From the human T2T-CHM13v2.0 reference genome, Homo sapiens: 64,000 nucleotides of DNA. The stretch is taken from the NCBI RefSeq assembly GCF_009914755.1, contig NC_060935.1; one strand, written 5' to 3'. Position 1 is the stretch's first letter. The number at the start of each line of letters is the position of its first letter. Shown in pieces: positions 58,059 to 64,000 of this stretch. The position numbers were made by a program, and so were the translations under genes. The notes below the pieces were generated by a model. The model ran no database searches. It had not been told where the DNA came from and worked only from the letters and a program-made list of their open reading frames with translations.

Positions 58059-58060
58059 AA
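57746..58060 (+). mobile_element. AluJ with (TAAA)n tail
   Basis: Dimer directly abutting the previous Alu. Confidence 0.93.
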
Positions 58061-58826
58061 GATCTCTATTAAGATAGTGAGTTCCTATTCAGTGAAGCTA
58101 CAATAGGTAAATTACTAGGAATCAGGAGAAATACAGAGGGGAGTAGTTCATATATCATAAACGGGAAGAATTATCTTCTTTCCAAGATTTTTCAAAACTA
58201 GGTTCCTAGGAAAATGGCAAACCAGCAATTCTTATTGAGCTAGTGTGTAGAGAAAGTTATGAATCAAAGAATCACAGTTGTAGATGGCTCAGGTTCGGCA
58301 AAATACAGTTCCAGCTGTGTACATGGGCACCTGTTGCAGAAAAAAAACCTTTGTTACACAGGCTCACCATGTATCTATTTTCAGATTATTACCTTGAAAA
58401 ATCAAAGGTCTGTGACTTCGAGGAAGATATTAATAATTCCTATCAAAGTTTCTTTCATGTATCTTTCTATCCACAATTCAAAGATGATCCTAAAAGGAAG
58501 GTGGCAAATGTGAGTATAAACTGATAACAAATTGAGGCACAATGAGCTTAAGTACATTGCTGGGTCTAGGATCCTTTACCCCATTTTTAGTGTTTCTCTT
58601 TACTCCAATGTATTTGAGATCAAACATCATCTTCCTTCACATTCTCCTGTCCCTTCACCCTGGGTAGAACAAGGTCAAGGTGAGTATTTTGCGACACATT
58701 CAGTAAACTCTGGGGCTTAAGATGCAAGATTCTTTGGTTATTAGGTTTTATGTTTTTTGGTTTCTCTGGAAGCTGAGGGCAGTGAATTTTATTTGCAGTC
58801 TTTCTCTCAGTATTAGGAACTTTCGA

Positions 58827-58994
58827 TTTTTTTTTTTTTTTTTTTTGAGACAGAGTCTCGCTCTTTTGCCTAGGCTGGAGTGCAGTGGTGTGATCTCGGC
58901 TGACTGCAAGTTCCGCCTCCCGGGTTCATGCCATTCTCCTGCCTCAGCCTCCTGAGTAAGCTGGGACTACAGGCGCCTGCCACCACACCCGGCT

Positions 58995-59027
<33 letters not shown>

Positions 59028-59106
59028 TAGAGACAGGGTTTCACCGTGTTAGCCAGGATGGTCTCAATCTCCTGACCTTGTGATCTGCCGGCCTTGGCCT
59101 CCCAAA
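58827..59106 (-). mobile_element. AluY-like, 5'-truncated, with an expanded middle A-tract
   Basis: About T30 in the linker; TSD aggaacttt(cg/ga)attt. Confidence 0.93.
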
Positions 59107-59630
59107 AGGAACTTTGAATTTTTATAACAAATAAACCAAATAAATTTCATGACCAGTAAGATACAAAGGAACAAAGTCCACAATGTATTGTCTTGATAAC
59201 TAAGAAAATAAGATACATGAAACATGTTTGTGAACTGTAAAGCAATGCCTAAATAATAGTCATGTTATTAGTAACAATTATGAACAGTAAAGGTATAGCA
59301 GAAAATTTTTGAAAAGTCATGAGCTATGTTAATTCAATGACCAGCTGCCTGAATGACAGTTTAAAAACCACCTAAACTCCTGGTGTCTTCTTTATAAAGG
59401 TCCCCCAGAAACTATCCAGTGTGCTGATAATGGCTAGAAATTCGCTGGACTCCATTTATGGTAATGCTGGGTCCAAACTGCACAACAGCTAACTGGAGCC
59501 TTAGTTGATCACAGGCCAATCTAGGGCTCCTGGCAACAGTAGAATGTCCAAGTTCAGGGAGGGATGCTGACCATGACTTAAAATACTTTCTTACAAAAGC
59601 CATACTAAATCATTTCAATACAGTGATTAA

Positions 59631-59990
<360 letters not shown>

Positions 59991-62806
59991 TAATTCTGAA
60001 GATTAACTGGGGAGAAATTATAATCAGATGTTACTCTCACCTGTTTTTTTAATTATACATAGATTGCAGACTGAATACAAATATTGATCAGAAGCCAAAA
60101 CACCCCACACATTACTTATCAATCAACCCAGGCCAATCTGTCTTTCAACTGTACATTTTTGTGTTCTTGCCTCACCACTTAGTAAAATAAACATAAGAAT
60201 AAATAGCAATCCAATCCAAATAAGCATCTCTCATCTATAATTATCTGAAGCAACGGATTTAAAGATGGGTAGAGTTAATCCACCTCACCAAGTACATCTT
60301 CAATGCCTGTTCAGTCATGCTTCAATGTCTACATTCAATTTATAGAGAATATGAATATATAACATTGTAGAGGGAGGCTTCTGGCAGATCCAGTCTGACA
60401 AGAACAAAAGGTCAAATAGTTCTTTTGCTATTCTGTGACAGTTGAAGAGTCTCTGGGTTGGAGAGTTATGTCTAGATCTGGAATGGATCACTCACACAAT
60501 TAAGTTCTTGTCAGACCTAAAAACATGACAGCACAACTTTCCCCAGGCAAAAGGACAGCCAGATGGAAAGCAACTATTTTTCTCAACCTATCTCAAAATT
60601 TGAAATAAGAATGAGAATAATGGAAAAAACCTTTCTAAGTTTTAGAATATACTTCTACTTTGGTTGCTGGGGTTCTTATTTTCAGGTGGCATTTGGAAAT
60701 CTTAGGAAAACATAATCTGATTTCTTTCCTCATTGGAAATGGGTTGCTCAAGTGAAAAACTAACCCTCTTATCACCTTTTAACTCAGAAACTGAGCACTA
60801 AAAGCTATTATGGTGTAGACAGTACTCAACTATTGAATCCATACGTTTATTCATTATACACTGACTTATACAACACTGTTTGCAATGTAGAATTTAGATA
60901 TTCATATCTCAGCTGATGAGTAAACATTTTGAGTTTTTTCCTGCTGATGCTGCCTGCAAGCAACAGTTCAGTTTTGGCATTTTCATCATCTTTGTCTGAC
61001 TTGAATTTTTGTTTTTGTTCAATTATTGGCAAAATAGAAGTATTGCACCAAAGACAAATTATTAGGCTTGCTATAGGTGGCAAGTATTTGGCTTCAACCA
61101 GATATTCATTGTGTGATCAACTATCAAGGAAAAGAATGTATAAAGTTTTGGAAATACATTGGTGAAAACACTATCAAAAAGGCAAGATGCCTTGAGAAGG
61201 ACCTTTCCTCCTTCCACATATACAGTATATGAACACATTTAAGACTACTGTTCAACTTTCAGCGATGTGACTTCGTTATACATTTTGGAGACTTAATATG
61301 TACTAAAATAGGGGACTACATATTGCCTAAAGGTTAGACTCTAAATCAATTATTAGTGACTAAGTTCAGCACAGGTTCACAGAAGATTAAGAGATAAAAG
61401 GATCCATAGAGCTTACCTACTTCAAAATGTGATAGTACTATAGATGAAAAAACTGGAGGTCACAAAGATTATTTTACTTGCCTAATGCTCTACAACTACA
61501 TTTATGGTAATGCTGGGTCCAGAACCTGGGGTTTCTCTAACTCAGCAATCTTTCCATCACTATTATTTTGTTAACCTCTGTCATGTTAACATTACAATGC
61601 TATCAGGTCCCTCAAAAATCATGGGAGGCATAATTCCTGATAGCCTTGGAAATTATAGTGCCTCCAGGTTCTGGGTCTATAAATGTCCCTCATTCCACAA
61701 AATTAATATGGTATCTAGTAAGACCTGAATGCCAAATCAATACAGGCTGATGCTGCAAATATTTTTAAAATGTTTTCTGCATTTTATCTTCTAGGTCTAT
61801 GGTTAAATGTCACTTTTTCAGACATGCCTTTTCTAGCAAGCTTATCTATGCTTTCCTGTTCTTCATATAACTTTACAGCACATACTATATTTTGAAATAA
61901 GTTATTTAATTATTATATATCTTCTCAAATATATTAATAATTCCATGAAGGCAGGGTCATTTCTGTTTGATCCACAACTGTTTATATAGCACCTACCACA
62001 TAGTCTCGGCATATAAAAGAAGCTCAGATATTTGTTGAATAAACAAATGAATTTCTCTCTCTAATTATGGTTGAGGCAAGCCTTATGGAAGCCCTAATTA
62101 TCCCTTTTAGCCTGTCCTAAACTTGATATCTAAGCCCAAGGGATTAAAGTTCCAGGGAAGTAGATTTTCCTGAGATTTTAGCTCAGCAAAAGCTACCAAT
62201 TAGATTCAGAAATGGAATGAGCAATTTTGTAGGACACTGATTTCTTTGTCAAAAAGAGGCTGGAAAACCAAGTGCCCAGGTAAATGGAATCTCTCTGCAT
62301 TAGGCAGAAGGTCAACTTTGACAAACTCTCAGGTGTCTTCCAACTCTTAAGGCTCTGGAATTTGTTTCTTTTCAGCTGTTTGATTTTGAATTAGGTTAAA
62401 ATAAAGTATACATACAAATTTCATTAGGAAATAATCTAGGAGAACCCATCTAATGAGACTTAGAAAACTGATTATTCAGGCATGCATGCCCATTTACAAT
62501 TACTTGATACATGCGTATTCTACTGAGAATACAATTTGCTATATAGGTCCTTATACATGTAACTCAATGAAGACAAAGACTAAAACAAGAGTTTTAAAAA
62601 AGTTTTTGTAGCATTTCAGTTTTAAACATATGCATGTGTGTGTGTGCACACGCACACGCACACACAAACACACATGTAATTATTTTATCAACTCTGAAGA
62701 AAATGATGTTGAGCTCCTACACAGTAAGCAGCCTGTCTAAAGTGCTAGAATTGTCAGGTTCTAAACTCCCCAATCAATGCTCTTCTCACTCTCATAGACC
62801 ACAGTA

Positions 62807-63112
62807 CTTTTTTTTTTTTTTTTTTTTTTCTGAGATGGAGTCTCCCTCTGTCTCCCAGGCTGGAGGGCAGTGGCCCGCTCTTTGCTTACCGTAACCTCGG
62901 CTCCCGGGTTCAAGTGATTCTCCTGCCTCAGCCTCCCAAGTAGCTGGGATTATAGGCGCCTGCCACCACGCCTGGCTAATTTTTGTATTTTTAGTAGAGA
63001 TGGGGTTTCACCATGTTGTCCAGACTGGTCTGGAACTACTGACCTCAAGTGATCCGCCCGCCTCACCCTCCCAAAGTGCTGGAATTACAGGCGTGAGCCA
63101 CCATGCCCAGCT
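62807..63112 (-). mobile_element. Alu (AluS-like)
   Basis: Full dimer, TSD gaccaca(g/c)tactttt. Confidence 0.95.
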
Positions 63113-63280
63113 GACCACACTACTTTTAACTCTAGAATTACCCATCCTTTAGGCTCAGCCAAACTCCCATCCTCATCTTGGATTGAAAATACCTTTCTTC
63201 CAAATTTTACTGGGAAAGGACCAAATGAAATTAAAAAATATATAACTTTTTTTCCATAGGTGTCTATTAAAAAAATCTAT

Positions 63281-63286
63281 TTTATT
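63281..63286 (-). terminator. Distal polyadenylation signal of NARS2
   Basis: tttatt on + strand, with a U-rich stretch downstream on the minus strand (~63220-63242). Confidence 0.6.
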
Positions 63287-63573
63287 AGACAAATTATAAA
63301 CATCAAATATAAACAAATTATAACAACAGTGATTAAAGAGTTGAAATACTTAATGTAATATCTCAACAGCTTTGAAAATTGAAAAGCAACAGTTATTAAA
63401 CATGATTTTTTCATCCAGTTCAATGAAAGGAGATTTCAATTCAGAATAGCTACTTCTTTAAATCAATTAAGACCTTAAGGAATATTTTTTTCTGCAATGT
63501 TTAATGAAGTACTGAAAATGAGATAAGGATTTATCACAAAGTATATGGCAAGGGAGAAAAGATGCAACATTAT

Positions 63574-63579
63574 TTTATT
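63574..63579 (-). terminator. Candidate proximal polyadenylation signal of NARS2
   Basis: tttatt on + strand, ~385 nt after the stop. Confidence 0.45.
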
Positions 63580-63962
63580 TCGAGCTACTAGATGGTTCTC
63601 ACAAATTACACAGGGAGTGATTTAATGATTATAGACAACGTAAAATACATTATCTCATTCTGTTTTAGAGTTTAAAAGAAACTTTGAGACTAATTCAATT
63701 TCTTCATTTCTTAATTGAGGTAATGGATTTGAGAGTCCCCTTGCTATAAGTACCTCTTCTTGCGGGAGCTCATCCTTACGTGAAATACCCTCAACTTTCT
63801 AAGAAAATCACAACCACTTATATTTTTTCTATGATATCTTATGGCACAACAATTACATATTGAAATCTGCATTTCTAAAATCCAAACATGCATTCTGCTG
63901 TATGCACAATCATGTGCAGTGTCTCTGCCATGGGGGGTGCTTTTCCTTAACCAATCTTCCAG

Positions 63963-64000
63963 CTATAAAAGGCATGAATGAGGAAACCTTGGGAAAGGGA
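63963..64000 (-). CDS. NARS2: Mitochondrial asparaginyl-tRNA synthetase, C-terminal end of last exon (partial)
   Basis: Reverse complement reads (A)TC CCT TTC CCA AGG TTT CCT CAT TCA TGC CTT TTA TAG = IPFPRFPHSCLL*. PFPR is the class IIb Asn/Asp-tRNA synthetase C-terminal motif. NARS2 is the known upstream neighbour of GAB2. Confidence 0.9.
   Translation of the reverse strand, partial: PFPRFPHSCLL

Larger units (their letters stand above)
63260..63962 (-). other. NARS2: NARS2 3'UTR
   Basis: AT-rich, apparently repeat-free sequence following the stop codon at 63963-63965, with minus-strand AATAAA at 63574-63579 and 63281-63286. The 3' end is approximate. Confidence 0.75.

Noticed and set aside
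60847-61083. 78-aa minus ORF ending at an AATAAA, as a possible small gene or pseudogene
   Set aside because: No recognisable homology, promoter, poly(A) tract or TSD

Overview
Primate (almost certainly human) genomic DNA from the GAB2 / NARS2 region, with both genes on the minus strand. GAB2 coding exon 1 ([25 protein letters not shown], 44941-45015) sits in a ~1.5 kb CpG island, and positions 1-44940 are the 5' part of GAB2 intron 1. The last ~740 bp are the terminal exon of NARS2 (...IPFPRFPHSCLL*, 3'UTR, two AATAAA signals). Intron 1 holds an antisense, intronless, disabled SCAN-KRAB-C2H2 retrocopy of ZNF75D type (ZNF75CP, ~11062-14310) at the centre of a nested or chimeric Alu structure. 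The rest is dominated by ~38 Alu-family copies, L1, L2, MIR, MaLR/ERV LTRs and DNA-transposon relics. I see no convincing new biological system. The best leads are the Alu+ZNF75 unit sharing one target-site duplication (TSD), a candidate L1 3' transduction, a very young truncated AluYa5-like insertion, an exact 23-bp repeat 2 kb apart, and a CRE/CCAAT/GT-box module 3.3 kb upstream of GAB2. Gene and repeat-subfamily names come from recognition rather than database searches, and most repeat boundaries are approximate.
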